Source of the DNA: Tubiluchus corallicola | Lineage: Eukaryota; Animalia; Priapulida | Length of the DNA stretch: 64,000 nt | Assembly (NCBI GenBank): GCA_030141605.1 | Contig: JAQGDQ010000011.1 | Span: forward strand, 62,001-126,000 | Direction of reading: 5' to 3' | Part shown: positions 63,060 through 64,000 of the stretch, piece after piece | How positions within the stretch are numbered: position 1 is the first letter of the stretch | How the letters are laid out: each line of letters starts with the position of its first letter | Position numbers and translations under genes: made by a program | The notes under the pieces: generated by a model | What the model saw: the letters and a program-made list of their open reading frames with translations, nothing else | Told to the model about the DNA's origin: nothing | Database searches by the model: none

Positions 63060-63500
63060 ATTTAATCGGAATTCCCCAGTGTCTCGTCACAATCTGCTAT
63101 CCTGAGGGGTATAATTGGTTCAGTGACTCGAATAACTCATCTTGCAGATGTCTCATAAGCTTCTCTGTTGAATACTTATCAAGTGCGTGTTTTTATCATC
63201 TTGGCGTCCGCTTTAGGATTACTTCAGCGTGTTGGGTTGGGTGGGTCGGTGAATTTCCAATCCATTCAGTTTAATCGAAAAATTAACCCAGGAATTTCAG
63301 GTTAGTGCTTCTGTCACATCCTCAAGACGTGCCAGACTTCCACACCATTTTAAAGACATTATAGATCCCGCTATTGTTTAAGCAATACTTTTGTGAAATA
63401 ACTTCTTGCCTGCTACTCGTTGTTTTTGTACCTCCTAGCAAAAGGTCATGTACCACCCTGTATTTTAAATAGAGCATAAAGCAAAATAACAAGAACTTTT
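63060..63500 (-). mobile_element. Highly decayed LINE RT C-terminal fragment
   Basis: Frameshifted KFLG-LIFD-KLN near 63300-63260. Confidence 0.3.
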
Positions 63501-64000
63501 TATAATGCATTATGGAGAAAGTACATATGACAGGGACTTTACCGGGTTATATCCCTATTCTAATAAACTAGTATAGTAATAATTTTTTTAACATTATGCA
63601 AATGTCTATTGTTGTTCCGGTTGTCTTTAGCATGTTGTGGGTGGTGTTGTGTTTTGCTATGTGGGTCGTGTGTGGTAGTTTTTAATATTGTGACGTCACA
63701 ATTTAGTACTATTGCAGAAAAATTGTTGGATGACTGAACCGACCGAAGGCCATCAAACCAAAAGCATGTTATCAAAGTTTGCACATTTTACAAATACGTG
63801 CAAGCAAAACCAGCGTGTGTGCATGCACCTGTGCTAGCAAGTGAGTGGCCCAATGATTCGTTCCAGACTAGTTTAGTGTGTGTTTTGAGCCCAAATAATT
63901 GTTTGACAATGATTTTAGTTCATCGTTATGCTTACGATGGTTGTAATAATTTTGCTGCAATAGTGTCATGTTATACTTATCTTATCAGAACAAAATTTTA

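Overview
AT-rich, intron-rich animal genomic DNA, probably a marine invertebrate (the taxon is an inference). I assembled four protein-coding genes by hand from GT-AG exons. (1) The 3' two-thirds of an insulin/IGF receptor (+, 12 exons, 1-11022). (2) A complete alpha-L-iduronidase IDUA (+, 15 coding exons, 22873-40518, about 646 aa). (3) MFSD13A/TMEM180 (-, 6 coding exons, 49012-42466, about 488 aa), convergent with IDUA. (4) The mRNA capping enzyme RNGTT (-, 59231-57306, 641 aa), whose CDS has no introns and whose predicted leader is dense in upstream ATGs. Introns and intergenic DNA carry LINEs (RTE-like, CR1/L2-group, one apparently recent), non-autonomous DNA elements (Kolobok-, hAT-, Tc1/pogo- and Ginger-like, one foldback-like) and 99-bp and 29-bp tandem arrays. 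I see no CRISPR array, rRNA, true tRNA or prokaryotic system. The most unusual items are the intronless, uORF-laden RNGTT and a TGT...ACA element with a 4-bp target-site duplication whose removal restores a LINE reading frame. All coordinates were read by eye.
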